Positions 1 through 9,877 are shown, numbered from the stretch's first letter. The stretch is 64,000 nt of DNA from a candidate division WWE3 bacterium RIFOXYC1_FULL_40_10 (GCA_001773215.1 MEWB01000001.1:151108-215107), one strand, 5' to 3'. The notes: generated from the sequence alone by a model not told the origin. Translations and numbers: made by a program.

Positions 1-449
1 GCGAAGTTGTCTATATAGTGCCAACCGGCTCCCGTTGCGTCTATTTTAATCGATTTTGTTGCATATTGAGGTAAATATATTGCAGAATCCCGCGTATAGA
101 TGGCACCGGTATCCGGGGAGAGGGAATTCCATCCCTGGGTTTGAATGTTTGATGTGGGGTCAAAAGTTTCGAAAGAAGGATTTGTCGCCAGGTTCAGTGT
201 GTTGCTGAATGTCGTTGTTTGCCATATTCCCGAATCAACTTTGTAATTAACCGTTTTAACCCCGCTTTCAAGATCAGAGGCAGACAACGTGAAGGTAACA
301 GGGGTTACATACCATCCATTATTTCCGTTTGGCGAACCGGGATCTAAAGTAAGGGTAGATACCGGAGGTGTTATATCTGCGGCGTACACTTTAAAAGCAA
401 AAATTGCCGGTAAAAAGGATATAACAGCTAAAAATAATTTCTTGAGCAT
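1..449 (-). CDS. Partial (5' end in window, runs off window start) secreted protein with signal peptide and Ig-like 'TPP...GWY..PVTFTLSASD..SGV..YKVDSG' domain
   Basis: Reverse-strand translation from ATG at 449 gives MLKKLFLAVISFLPAIFAFKVYAADITPPVSTLTLDPGSPNGNNGWYVTPVTFTLSASDLESGVKTVNYKVDSG..., open to window edge. Signal-peptide-like N-terminus. Motif typical of bacterial surface Ig-like domains. Not in ORF track because it lacks an in-window stop. Confidence 0.4.
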   Translation of the reverse strand, partial: MLKKLFLAVISFLPAIFAFKVYAADITPPVSTLTLDPGSPNGNNGWYVTPVTFTLSASDLESGVKTVNYKVDSGIWQTTTFSNTLNLATNPSFETFDPTSNIQTQGWNSLSPDTGAIYTRDSAIYLPQYATKSIKIDATGAGWHYIDNF

Positions 450-502
450 TATGTATATGATAGAGCAAAATGAACAAATTGCTAACAATAAGTTGTTTCT
501 CA

Positions 503-1576
503 TTAAGATTTTTGTTCAATCATGTCAGCAGTGAGAACTGCCATCCTTTTCATCATTTCGTACAATCCGAGGCCTTTTTTTCTGTCTCCAGTCCTTGGTG
601 CAGCGAATCTTCCTCCGGCATAGTGATAATAGTTATAAATAGAGTCTGGATCTAGTAGCTCGTTATTATGTGCGAGTATGGATAAGTGGTGTCTTAATTC
701 TTCTGGGTTAAGTCTGGTAACATTGTATGGGAATATCAGTTCCCCGCCATTATTATTGTACTCAGCAGCTAATTCTTTAAGTAGGCTTTCCTCAGTAGTG
801 GCTTTGCTCATTTCTATGTCAAGCATCCGTATTTCTATCAATTTGTTAAACTCTTCTCTTTGAAGCTGTTTAGCGAGAAAGGCAAGGGATTCCTTTAAAT
901 CTGAATTATTCAATTCCTCTATAAATTCTTTCGTACGTTTGAATACTCTTGCGTCTACAACCAATTTTTGTTCTGGATCTCTGTACCAGAAAGGTCCATG
1001 GCTATTCTCAAATTGATAAGTTCCCTCTGGATTCGTGCCATATATTTTGTTCAGTTCGGCTAAAGCCCCGTTGAGTGTAGCGCCTGTATCCTTAAACTCG
1101 TCAACTATCAGTACTTTCTCGTCGGGGGAGATTTGTAACATCTTTGTCATCATGGATGCAGTTTCGGGGTTTCTGATTTTCCAAGGATCGTCAGTTTTTC
1201 CCAAATCCATAAACCTAACTTTAGGCGGAACGAACCCTTCAGGAAGCAGTTGCCTAGTAGTTAATTGTTCCACCAACTGCCTATATAAGTAAGCTCCAGG
1301 TCTTCCCGATTTATCTAGGAAAATCAGTGTGTCGTAGGGATCCCCATGTTTGAATTCGTTAAGGGTCTTGTTAATAAGGCGGATTGTTCCTGGGAGCATG
1401 TATTCGGACTCGTTGATTTCTTGACTACCCCTGTTAAAGGAGTCATCATGGAATCCCCACCATTTGCCATAGTTTTTCTTCATTTCTCTTTCAATTAGCT
1501 CGATGTTATCGTGAGCCAGATACAATTCCGGTGCATCTCTTTCTGCAGTAATCTGCGATATCGCCTCTGAAATCAT
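503..1576 (-). CDS. Phosphoribosyltransferase (PRTase type I)-domain protein with long C-terminal extension
   Basis: PRTase PRPP-binding signature VLIVDEFKDTGATLNGA (hydrophobic x4, D-E, then TGAT). 357 aa is much longer than canonical about 180-230 aa PRTases. Confidence 0.45.
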   Translation of the reverse strand: MISEAISQITAERDAPELYLAHDNIELIEREMKKNYGKWWGFHDDSFNRGSQEINESEYMLPGTIRLINKTLNEFKHGDPYDTLIFLDKSGRPGAYLYRQLVEQLTTRQLLPEGFVPPKVRFMDLGKTDDPWKIRNPETASMMTKMLQISPDEKVLIVDEFKDTGATLNGALAELNKIYGTNPEGTYQFENSHGPFWYRDPEQKLVVDARVFKRTKEFIEELNNSDLKESLAFLAKQLQREEFNKLIEIRMLDIEMSKATTEESLLKELAAEYNNNGGELIFPYNVTRLNPEELRHHLSILAHNNELLDPDSIYNYYHYAGGRFAAPRTGDRKKGLGLYEMMKRMAVLTADMIEQKS

Positions 1577-1668
1577 AATGGTAGTATACGTAGTTTTATT
1601 GGTGTACTCAAGGTATCACAGAACATGGTAATTATCTTACGGTCAAAGCACTTTTACCGCGTTTATTT

Positions 1669-1950
1669 GTGTATAATTTACACATGCCCAATGAAGGTAA
1701 AGAACATAGCTGGTTGGTAGATCCTGAGCGCGCGAAATTGATTACCCCGGAGAGGGGATATGGTACTAGACTCGCGGCTTATTTAGAAACTACCGAAGCA
1801 GTAATCAAAGAGATTCGAAAAAGAAACGATGCATCTCCCATAAAGTTGCTAATCCAAGTAGTAGATTCCTATAGAAAAGCAACCTATGATATTGTCGATA
1901 CCCCGTTGAGTGGGGAAGACGTTAGAATCCGCAAAATTATAGAAGGGTAA
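1669..1950 (+). CDS. Hypothetical protein
   Basis: 93-aa ORF in intergenic position. No recognisable motif. Confidence 0.2.
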   Translation: MYNLHMPNEGKEHSWLVDPERAKLITPERGYGTRLAAYLETTEAVIKEIRKRNDASPIKLLIQVVDSYRKATYDIVDTPLSGEDVRIRKIIEG

Positions 1951-1966
1951 ATTTAGTCTTTAATAT

Positions 1967-3247
1967 ATGCCAAAACAGGAGGAAGAAATAATTGGAGTAG
2001 AAGAACCTGAGGTCGTAACCACTGTGGCTGAAGAGTATGATGTTGAGGATGACGAGGAACACACTTGGACATTAGTCACTTCAGGGCGTTTATTTGAAGA
2101 AGGAGAAGTTGATACAGTGGATCTAGAGTTCTTACAAAAGCGTAGGTATTCGGTAATAGAGTACAAGGACAATGAAACCGGGGAAACGCTTAAAGTTATT
2201 AGATTCAAGCATACTCAGCAACTACCTGTGGATTTGCCGGCGGGATTTGGTTTCAAAGGTGGTGTGGCTAGGAATGTAGTATTAAGTGAGTTAGGAGATC
2301 GTGTGTTGCCTCCCAGAGATATCGACATTGTCGCTATTTCAGACCAGTCCCCGGATGTATCAAAGTCAAAGGAGCTAGAACAAAAATATATGGCATATGA
2401 TGCCAAGCATGGTTATGGTGTTGAAACTGAGAGTCTGGCTCACTATCTAGAAACAAGAGATTTTGGCATGAATGAAGTTGCAGTTGTAGGTGAAGACGTG
2501 TATATGACATTGGATGCCTTAAGTGATCTTAGGAATAAGATAATCTGGCCTACTAATTTTGAGAAAGAGACTTGGTACGACAAAAAACGTGATGAGAGAG
2601 GTGGTATTGGACCCAAGCTTGTAATGAAGTCGCTCAGACTATATAGCGAAATGTGCTGTATGTATGGCAAAAGCGAAATAAAAGGGGTTGGGGACTGGCA
2701 GTTTGATTCTAGGGAGATACCGTTCTTTCACATAGCACTTCAGCTGGATAAGGCTTTTGAGAATGGTGACACTGTAGCGGTAGCTTTTTTTAGGGCGTTG
2801 CTTTTGAAAGGGATAGTCGTTCAGAGCGAGTTAGCCCCTCCGGGATCCCTAAGGGCAGATTCATCGGTTGAGTTAGCAATAAGGTTGCGTTATCGGCTAG
2901 ATAACTTCACCTTTAGATCTAAACCGGAGTTGACCGGCCCCTTGGATTATTATTATAGTTATTTGGCGCATTTTAAGGATAGTGACAGTAAAATATTGGA
3001 TACAAGTCATTTGAGTGGAGTGGACAGAAGGTACTTAGAAGAAAATATTGGCACTTTTCCGTTGCCCGATTTTAGTGAAGATACTTATTCTTATGCTAGG
3101 GAGTTGGAAGATTGGAAAAGGGGGTCAGAAGTAAGAAGACAGACTTTTGCAGAGCTTCCCGGCCCTATGGAATCGGCTTTTCTTGAGGCTATGAGGGTTA
3201 AAGAAGCTGAAGAAAAAGGTGATAGACCGAAAAGAAATTTTAGTTGA
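1967..3247 (+). CDS. Pol-beta superfamily nucleotidyltransferase, CCA/poly(A)-polymerase head-domain-like, acidic N-terminus
   Basis: GFKGGVARNVVLSELGDRVLPPRDIDIV has the same GGxVR[DN]-(about 16)-DxD pattern as the genuine CCA enzyme in this window (GGSVRDAVI...DFDLEI). No HD or tRNA-binding body recognised. Confidence 0.4.
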   Translation: MPKQEEEIIGVEEPEVVTTVAEEYDVEDDEEHTWTLVTSGRLFEEGEVDTVDLEFLQKRRYSVIEYKDNETGETLKVIRFKHTQQLPVDLPAGFGFKGGVARNVVLSELGDRVLPPRDIDIVAISDQSPDVSKSKELEQKYMAYDAKHGYGVETESLAHYLETRDFGMNEVAVVGEDVYMTLDALSDLRNKIIWPTNFEKETWYDKKRDERGGIGPKLVMKSLRLYSEMCCMYGKSEIKGVGDWQFDSREIPFFHIALQLDKAFENGDTVAVAFFRALLLKGIVVQSELAPPGSLRADSSVELAIRLRYRLDNFTFRSKPELTGPLDYYYSYLAHFKDSDSKILDTSHLSGVDRRYLEENIGTFPLPDFSEDTYSYARELEDWKRGSEVRRQTFAELPGPMESAFLEAMRVKEAEEKGDRPKRNFS

Positions 3248-3710
3248 TATAAGCTATAATCATCCCCATGAGTTTATCAGTTGGAATGCACAGTACGCAA
3301 CCGTAATTTTGAACAACCCTGTTTTTACGCCTTCTTTTGTTTCCTATAAATCTTTATTTTTAATTGATGAACCTGGAATAGTCCGTATTCCTTTTGAAAA
3401 AACTATTGTATTACCTGAGCCTAGAAAGGGTAGGGTAATTGTTGAGCGGGATGTGTTAGGAAGGATTGTGCATTCAAAAGTTCCCCAGATGTCTAGACAA
3501 CTGAAACTGTAACTCATATACTATTAGGTAATGGAGTATAAAATAATCAATAAGAATAATAATAAAAACAGGATTTCACGCTTAAACAAAGAGCTTCAAA
3601 CCTATAAAGAATACTTGCAGGCACTTACAAACCAATCCCATCTTTTGATTTCAAGATTGCAAAATAAAGAAAAACAAAAGGAGACTTTATCTAAGAAAGG
3701 TTAAGAAATT

Positions 3711-5555
3711 ATGCCACAAAATCCTGCTCCAGAAGCTCAAGGACAAGAAAAGTTACCTGAAGACTTAAAGGAAGTTTTAGGTGAGGGTGCTGCTGTACAT
3801 GACGAAGCAACTTCTATGATTCATGCAAACATGGGGGGGGCTATAAAAATGGCAGAGACAACTCTTGGAGAAGATGCAAAACCAGAGTTGGAAGCCATGA
3901 AGGAGCTAGCAGACAGAGCATCCGAAGCAAGAAGTGCATTTGAAACGAGAGCAGAAAGATTAAGCTCGCCTTATGTTGTATCCCCAGAACTACAAAAAAC
4001 ATTAAGAATAGCTACCGTTTTGAAAAAACCATTACTACTTGAGGGTGAACCTGGTACTGGAAAGACATCTTTAGCTTACGCATTAGCAGGAGAGGAAGAC
4101 CTTCCTTTAATACATTGTCGAGGTAAGAGTACATTAACTGCTCAATCTGTAATGTACGAAATAGATTATGTTGCCAGATTGAATGATGCGACCCTCACTC
4201 AAGCTATTCCAGAAAATATGCGAGCAGAAGCGGGAAAATGGGAAAGTTATTTGAAAGCAGGAAATGACCCCAACAGCACCGAATTTCAGGGATTTATGCG
4301 TGGTCTCGATAATGCTGCAAGACTCCTAAATTTAGGCAGGGTGTCGGATGTACGCAACTACATTAGTTACGGCGAGCTTGGCGAAGCAATAATTAGAGGT
4401 TCAAGAGGTGAAAAAGTAATTTTGCTTTTTGATGAGGTTGATAAAGCTAAAAGAGAGTTTCCTAACGATTTGCTTGATGAGTTGGAACACATGACTATGC
4501 GTATTCGGGAGACAGGGGAGGAAGTTAGTTCGCCCAGGGAAAACATTGTTGTTGTAATAACCTCTAACCATGAAAGAGATTTGCCAGAGCCATTTTTAAG
4601 AAGATGTGTCTACAGCTATTTGGAATTTCCAAAACCAGACCAACTAACGGAAATAGTCAAAGCTCATATACCAGATGTGGAAGAAAAGCTTTTACGAAGT
4701 GCTGTTACAAGATTTTATGAAATAAGGGAAACGCAAGGCTTGCAAAAACCTCCTTCCACTTCAGAAATGTTGGATTGGGTAAAAGTATTGATGGAATTTG
4801 GTATTGAAGAAGTTGGTGGTGCAACGCCACTTCCAGAAGCAGTATTAAAAATAAAAGAAGACATGGACTTAGTTAGAAAACGGGAAAAAGAAACACGAAC
4901 AGGTGTATACGAAGCTGATGATTATGATGAGTTTTCAGTTTTAGAGGCGTACGAAATGGAAACGGCAGCGATTGAAGCCTTACGAGGAAGCAGGGTAGTT
5001 AACTTCAAGGGTGAGGAATACTACAGAGACAGACCTTCCTCGGAACTACTGATGGCACTTGCTAACGGGGGAGTAGCATTTAAGTATTCTGAAAGAGATA
5101 GAGAACCTTTTGAGATACTTGTGGATGGCGTGAAAATGGTTGCTCCTATGACTTTTGTATTCCCTCATAGACTTAGTGCTGAAGAACTTGCTTTATCTAC
5201 AGACGAAATACTTCAGAGGCAACAGGATAAACCAGAAGGTGAAAGAATGGGTAGAAGGCAGATAATCCAGGAAAAAAAGGCTAGCAGACTCCTAGCAGCT
5301 TTGGAAGAAGGCAAATTAGTTGCAGGAGAGTTTGTAGTAACCGAGCAGCCAGTTGCATTTACGGGTGTCGAAACATCTAATCAGTACTTTGTTAAAGGTA
5401 AAGATGCTTCTGGTAGAACTATATTTAGAACATCGGATGGCAAGTATATTTATGAAAAATCTACTAGTGAGGTGTCCAGCGAACCATCTGACGAAGATTT
5501 ATTAGGTTCAGCAACACTCAAGAAGCTTTCCTTTGACGATGAAGACGAAAAGTGA
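3711..5555 (+). CDS. MoxR/CoxD-like AAA+ ATPase
   Basis: Walker A LLLEGEPGTGKTSLAYALA, Walker B VILLFDEVDKA, sensor region ITSNH. Immediately followed by a VWA protein, which is the canonical MoxR-VWA pairing. Confidence 0.7.
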   Translation: MPQNPAPEAQGQEKLPEDLKEVLGEGAAVHDEATSMIHANMGGAIKMAETTLGEDAKPELEAMKELADRASEARSAFETRAERLSSPYVVSPELQKTLRIATVLKKPLLLEGEPGTGKTSLAYALAGEEDLPLIHCRGKSTLTAQSVMYEIDYVARLNDATLTQAIPENMRAEAGKWESYLKAGNDPNSTEFQGFMRGLDNAARLLNLGRVSDVRNYISYGELGEAIIRGSRGEKVILLFDEVDKAKREFPNDLLDELEHMTMRIRETGEEVSSPRENIVVVITSNHERDLPEPFLRRCVYSYLEFPKPDQLTEIVKAHIPDVEEKLLRSAVTRFYEIRETQGLQKPPSTSEMLDWVKVLMEFGIEEVGGATPLPEAVLKIKEDMDLVRKREKETRTGVYEADDYDEFSVLEAYEMETAAIEALRGSRVVNFKGEEYYRDRPSSELLMALANGGVAFKYSERDREPFEILVDGVKMVAPMTFVFPHRLSAEELALSTDEILQRQQDKPEGERMGRRQIIQEKKASRLLAALEEGKLVAGEFVVTEQPVAFTGVETSNQYFVKGKDASGRTIFRTSDGKYIYEKSTSEVSSEPSDEDLLGSATLKKLSFDDEDEK

Positions 5556-5576
5556 AAAGTTTCCTAAGGGCTTCAA

Positions 5577-7382
5577 ATGAGTGAAAAATTTACACCAGAA
5601 CCAGAAGTTCCTCAAGAAGAACCCTTAGCAAGCAAGGGTAAACCTGAAGTTTCAGTAAAGCTACCAGAATCCCCAGACATTAAAATCGATATTGAAAAAA
5701 AAGAAATAATAATCCTTTCCGAAGGTACTGAAACTGGTGAAAAAAGGCATCCTTTTCAAGAGTTTATGTATCACCTAAGGGGTGAAGGTATAAGAGTTTC
5801 CACAGGAGAGTGGCTAGACCTACAAACGCTGCTTGCGGCTGGAGAAGTACAGAGTTTGGACGAGCTTTATGTAGTAGCAAGAGCAGTTTTAGTTAAGGAT
5901 GCAGTTAATTATCCAAAATATGATGTAGCTTTTGGAAAACTTTTTTATGGTATAGAACCTCCAAGCGAGGAGGAAGAAGAAAATGAGGATAGCTATGATG
6001 AGCAAAATGATTACGATGACCCGCAAGACGGTACTGAATCTGAGGATGCTTTAAGGGAAAAGGCAGAGGTTGAAGAAAAAGAGAAAAAGGAAAAATCTGA
6101 ACCAAGCGAACCTGAAACAGACAAAGAAGCGGAGGAGGATGATGCTGAGGATAAGGAAGCAGAAAAGAAGGAGAAGAAAAAAGAGGAAGAAAAAAAGAAA
6201 CCAATACAAAAAGAAAAAGAGGATATTGATGAAGTCGAGGAAGCGACTTCTAAAACGACAGAAGATAAGCATGGTGGCGATGAGGCGACTAAGGATATTG
6301 AAGATTCACCTAACCCTGCTGATGAGGGCAAGAACAAGGAAAACAAAGGTGCTGAAAAAGGCGAGGATGGTTCGGAAGGTAAAGGCGAAGGTGAGGGTGG
6401 TGAAAAGAAGACGAAGAAAGGTACTGTTGGCGAAGGGGGTAAAAATAAAAGTGGTATGGGGAAAGAAGGTGAGGGCGAAGAAGAGGAGGAAACAGACGAA
6501 GCTGATGAAACAGATGAAAAAAAAGAAAGCAAAAAAGGAACTGGTAAATCTGGAGGAGGCGGGGGTAAACACAAAAAGAAATCAAAGGAAAGTGTTATGC
6601 GTGCTAGCGGTAAAGGAGGTTACGCATCTGCGAGAGAACGAGTTCAACAGAGGGAATACGAGGAGCTTAGAGATGATAGGACTCTTGGCTATGAGCAGTT
6701 CGGTAGAGCTTTATCTAAATTACGCACAATTGTACAGGAAACTACTTCTGCCAAAACTAGGACATTAGATGCCAGAGCTACAGTAAGAGCTATTGCCGAG
6801 CATGCAGGGACTCCAGAGCTGCTGTGGAAGGAAGAAGTGGAGGAGAAGCCTAGTGTAGTGCTTTTATTTGATGTTGGTGGGAGCACAGACGAATACAGAC
6901 CCATTCTTGAAAAACTATTTTCAGCAGCAAAAGACCATTTAGAAGGTTTAGAGGTCTATTATTTCCACAATGCTATCTATGGTGAGGTATGGCCGCAGAA
7001 AGATGGCAATTGGGGTAAGCACTTTGTGCCAGTATCCGATATTTTGAAAAAAGATTCTTCCACAAAGTTTATTATTATTGGCGATGCTTGGATGGCTGAC
7101 AGCGATGCAATGAATGGTGGTCTTCACGACTCTTATTTGGACTTAGACCCAGATGCAAAAAAGACTGAGCCTTGTTATAGGTGGACAGGACTCGAAAACT
7201 TTCAAGCAATAACCGAAGCTTTTCCAGCAACTGTGTGGGTAAATCCTATTTTAGAAAAACACCGAGACGATGCAGACGATTCTGGAACAATAGCGGATGT
7301 AGAAAGAGTTATTACTATGTATGACCTGAGTTTAAGAGGTATAGAAGCGGCAGTTAAGAAACTTATGGAAGAGGAACAGTAG
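5577..7382 (+). CDS. VWA-domain (CoxE-like) protein with about 230-aa E/K/D/G-rich low-complexity linker
   Basis: C-terminal LLFDVGGSTDEY...FIIIGDAWMADSD resembles a VWA/MIDAS-like fold partner of MoxR ATPases. Central region 5930-6600 is poly-acidic/basic (EEEEENED..., KKEKKKEEEKKK). Confidence 0.55.
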   Translation: MSEKFTPEPEVPQEEPLASKGKPEVSVKLPESPDIKIDIEKKEIIILSEGTETGEKRHPFQEFMYHLRGEGIRVSTGEWLDLQTLLAAGEVQSLDELYVVARAVLVKDAVNYPKYDVAFGKLFYGIEPPSEEEEENEDSYDEQNDYDDPQDGTESEDALREKAEVEEKEKKEKSEPSEPETDKEAEEDDAEDKEAEKKEKKKEEEKKKPIQKEKEDIDEVEEATSKTTEDKHGGDEATKDIEDSPNPADEGKNKENKGAEKGEDGSEGKGEGEGGEKKTKKGTVGEGGKNKSGMGKEGEGEEEEETDEADETDEKKESKKGTGKSGGGGGKHKKKSKESVMRASGKGGYASARERVQQREYEELRDDRTLGYEQFGRALSKLRTIVQETTSAKTRTLDARATVRAIAEHAGTPELLWKEEVEEKPSVVLLFDVGGSTDEYRPILEKLFSAAKDHLEGLEVYYFHNAIYGEVWPQKDGNWGKHFVPVSDILKKDSSTKFIIIGDAWMADSDAMNGGLHDSYLDLDPDAKKTEPCYRWTGLENFQAITEAFPATVWVNPILEKHRDDADDSGTIADVERVITMYDLSLRGIEAAVKKLMEEEQ

Positions 7383-7455
7383 AAACCCAAGTTTGTCGTT
7401 ATAACCACTATAAGATATAATACCCCTTACAAAACTGCATTTCCTATCAAAAATC

Positions 7456-7869
7456 ATGGAGGAAAGAATGGAAGACACAATTGGTGTTTTATGCCCATTC
7501 ACAGGCAAGGGAAACCTTCCTGTGCCGACTAGCCCTGTGTGGGCGGGCAGCGTGCCAGGTGAGAACATCTGGTACTTTAGTCATGACGAAGTGGAATCGG
7601 ATGGTCTGGCTGATGCTGTTGGACACCTCATGGGTGAAGAGACGGATATTCGCAAGACTATGCGTTGCATTGAAGCCCTTCAAAATAGTGGCAACTTGCA
7701 ACGAGTTGGAGAGTGGTGGTTTTTGCGTTTGCCGCAGCTTCCACGCCTTGAACTTCCAAGCGTTGCCGATATTGTGCTTGCTGTAGCTGACGGTACAGAC
7801 ATTGTGAGTGAAACACGCTCCAAGTTTGAAACCTACGCTCAGCAGCTCCAAACGGCATTGACGCAATAA
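7456..7869 (+). CDS. Hypothetical protein encoded in locally GC-rich (about 50%) segment
   Basis: 137-aa ORF. Surrounding 7.45-7.9 kb has visibly higher GC than flanks and open frames on both strands. Coding status uncertain. Confidence 0.3.
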   Translation: MEERMEDTIGVLCPFTGKGNLPVPTSPVWAGSVPGENIWYFSHDEVESDGLADAVGHLMGEETDIRKTMRCIEALQNSGNLQRVGEWWFLRLPQLPRLELPSVADIVLAVADGTDIVSETRSKFETYAQQLQTALTQ

Positions 7870-7982
7870 GGACTAAATCCAAAGGCCAAGAACACATCCA
7901 GTCCGCTTGAAGAAGAGCCTGTTAAGGGTAAAAAAACCTTTCGCAGGCTCTTTCTGTTTTATGTAGGTGTTAAAATATATGT

Positions 7983-8465
7983 ATGCGAAGGCTTACTGAA
8001 AAGCAACAAAAATTTATTGAAAAGTTAAATGCTGGTATTACACCTGTAGTTGCCGCCGAAGACTTGTACCGTTGTAAAAATCGTAATGTAGCCAGAGTCA
8101 TAGCGTCAAAAAATGTTAATCATCCTGTTATCTTTGAAAAAGTACGAGATGCTTTAGATTATCCTGGTTCAAAAGCTAGGGTAGAGCATATTGTAAAGGT
8201 AATTGAAGATGGTTTAACTGCTAACAAGACCATCATTACGAGGGTAGGGGACTTAGTGGAAGTACCAGACCACAAAACACGCTTGTATGCAGCACAGCTA
8301 GCTTTAAGAGTTCGTGGCGAACTTAAAGATATTATTGTTGATAACACATCTCATGATATTCATGTAAGTTTTAAGCTAATAAAAGCCAGAAGTCCTGAGG
8401 AAGTAGCCAGAGCAATGGGTAATACGAATACCAGGGCAGCAATACTGGAAGGTGAAACTAGTTAA
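7983..8465 (+). CDS. Putative phage terminase small subunit-like / HTH DNA-binding protein
   Basis: N-terminus LTEKQQKFIEKLNAGITPVVAAEDLY...ARVIASKNVNHPVI parallels the TerS N-terminal pattern (LSPKQE(R/K)F..EY...NATQAA..AGYS...). Weak, by eye. Confidence 0.3.
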   Translation: MRRLTEKQQKFIEKLNAGITPVVAAEDLYRCKNRNVARVIASKNVNHPVIFEKVRDALDYPGSKARVEHIVKVIEDGLTANKTIITRVGDLVEVPDHKTRLYAAQLALRVRGELKDIIVDNTSHDIHVSFKLIKARSPEEVARAMGNTNTRAAILEGETS

Positions 8466-8784
8466 TAAACGGTTAATGCTTACTTCCAGGACATCCCTTA
8501 AAAGGGTTACCTTGCCTGTGTGTTTTATTTTTCTTTCCCAGAACCATGTCGTTATTCGATGCTTATACGACATCTTTGTATTGAGGCAAATGCTGTAATA
8601 TCAAGCAAAAACAGTTGTACTCATGCGTCTTCTGTGTAACACACCTCTGATTTAATCTCATAGTGTGTGTTTTTGCTTTACGCTTTTGGGCTTGAGGGGT
8701 GTCACGCCGCCGCCGAGCGTTGATGAGCGTATGAGAAGAAAAAATCCGAAACCATAGGTATAATGTCTTCACATAAACATAAAT

Positions 8785-9429
8785 ATGAGTATAAACACAG
8801 ATAAATATAAAATAGTACCGCATGCAGCAGTCTTACTGGTGCAAAAAATACTGGAGAAGACAGAACCTCTTGCTGATACCAATGTGATATATCTTGAGCA
8901 TGTTTCCAGACAGCAGCAGAATACCTCTAAAACCTTTGTTTACGACAGTAGAAGCACAATAGAGTACTTGTACGGTGTTGGCATACTCCATGAGATTCGC
9001 CGAATAAAAAATGATGGTAGAACAGTAGAAGATTGGAAATACAAAGTCCATTTTTATAGAAGTAAGGCAATCGATTTTCTTCAAAATCTACCACTAGACG
9101 AAAACATTTACGAAATAACCTACGATGACCACATGCGTGAGATAAAAATAAACGGGAAACTTTTGACCAAGACATACTTTGGCAGCGATACGGATATGCT
9201 GTTTGAGCATGTTTACACTCATCCTGGCATACTATTGGGAAAAACTAGTATAGAGGTGGCAATCGACCAGAAGATGCGTACTTTAGCTGCAATTGTAAAA
9301 GACTTAAAATTTGTGGGTGTTTATAGAGAAGTATTTTTCCCTGTGGTTACTAAAACCCAGATTAAGTTCGTCAATCCTATTACCAGGCGTTATGCCTTAG
9401 AGAACCATCTTCCATCATTACCCTTATAA
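8785..9429 (+). CDS. Hypothetical protein (element-borne)
   Basis: 214-aa ORF with no recognised motif. Lies within the putative integrative element. Confidence 0.35.
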   Translation: MSINTDKYKIVPHAAVLLVQKILEKTEPLADTNVIYLEHVSRQQQNTSKTFVYDSRSTIEYLYGVGILHEIRRIKNDGRTVEDWKYKVHFYRSKAIDFLQNLPLDENIYEITYDDHMREIKINGKLLTKTYFGSDTDMLFEHVYTHPGILLGKTSIEVAIDQKMRTLAAIVKDLKFVGVYREVFFPVVTKTQIKFVNPITRRYALENHLPSLPL

Positions 9430-9503
9430 ATCAGTTTATGTGGTTTTATGCGAGTTTGTGCGTATTGGCTCACTAACCCCTTTCTATATGTGATTCTGGT
9501 TAC

Positions 9504-9749
9504 ATGGATAAGGCAGAATCAACATTATATAAGACTTCGACATTACCCCTAGCGGTATGCCTGTCCTTAATTTATCCCTTGAAATCAATTGAAAAAGGTA
9601 GCGACAGAAATCTGGTTTTTGTATTTGAAGAAACCAAGGACTTGCTTGATTCCATTGAACTTTATTGGAACAAACAGCTCCAAGTTGAACCGCAGTCATT
9701 TTTCTCCAGAATGCGGGAACTGAAAGCGAGGCTTTATGAACAGGTGTAA
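9504..9749 (+). CDS. Hypothetical small protein
   Basis: 81-aa ORF upstream of primase. Confidence 0.2.
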   Translation: MDKAESTLYKTSTLPLAVCLSLIYPLKSIEKGSDRNLVFVFEETKDLLDSIELYWNKQLQVEPQSFFSRMRELKARLYEQV

Positions 9750-9877
9750 AGTTCCGCAGGTTTCATATAAGGCGGTGGCACTTGCTCGTATTGAGGAAAA
9801 ACTGGACAAAGTTTATCAAATTATTTTCCAGCAAATGGAAAGCATGGGAATGACCCAGGAAGGCAATAAGAATAAAA

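Noticed and set aside
3219-3512. 97-aa ORF overlapping the end of the NTase gene
   Set aside because: Overlaps the 3' end of 1967..3247 in another frame and has no motif. Probably spurious, with low-confidence possibility of a small gene.
5905-6768. Stack of six overlapping ORFs in other frames/strand (e.g. 6011..6574 -, 6051..6272 -, 6070..6768 +, 6306..6585 -) with bizarre poly-S/F/K/R translations
   Set aside because: They lie within the GAA/AAG-repeat linker of the VWA gene. Low-complexity purine/pyrimidine runs keep all frames open. Translations are homopolymeric nonsense.
7441-7900. Possibility that the GC-rich segment is a structured RNA (tmRNA, RNase P RNA, group II intron domain V)
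   Set aside because: No tRNA-like T-arm/CCA, no RNase P P4 motif (AGGAAAGUCCGGGC) and no domain V-like motif were seen by eye. Left as hypothetical CDS or foreign DNA.
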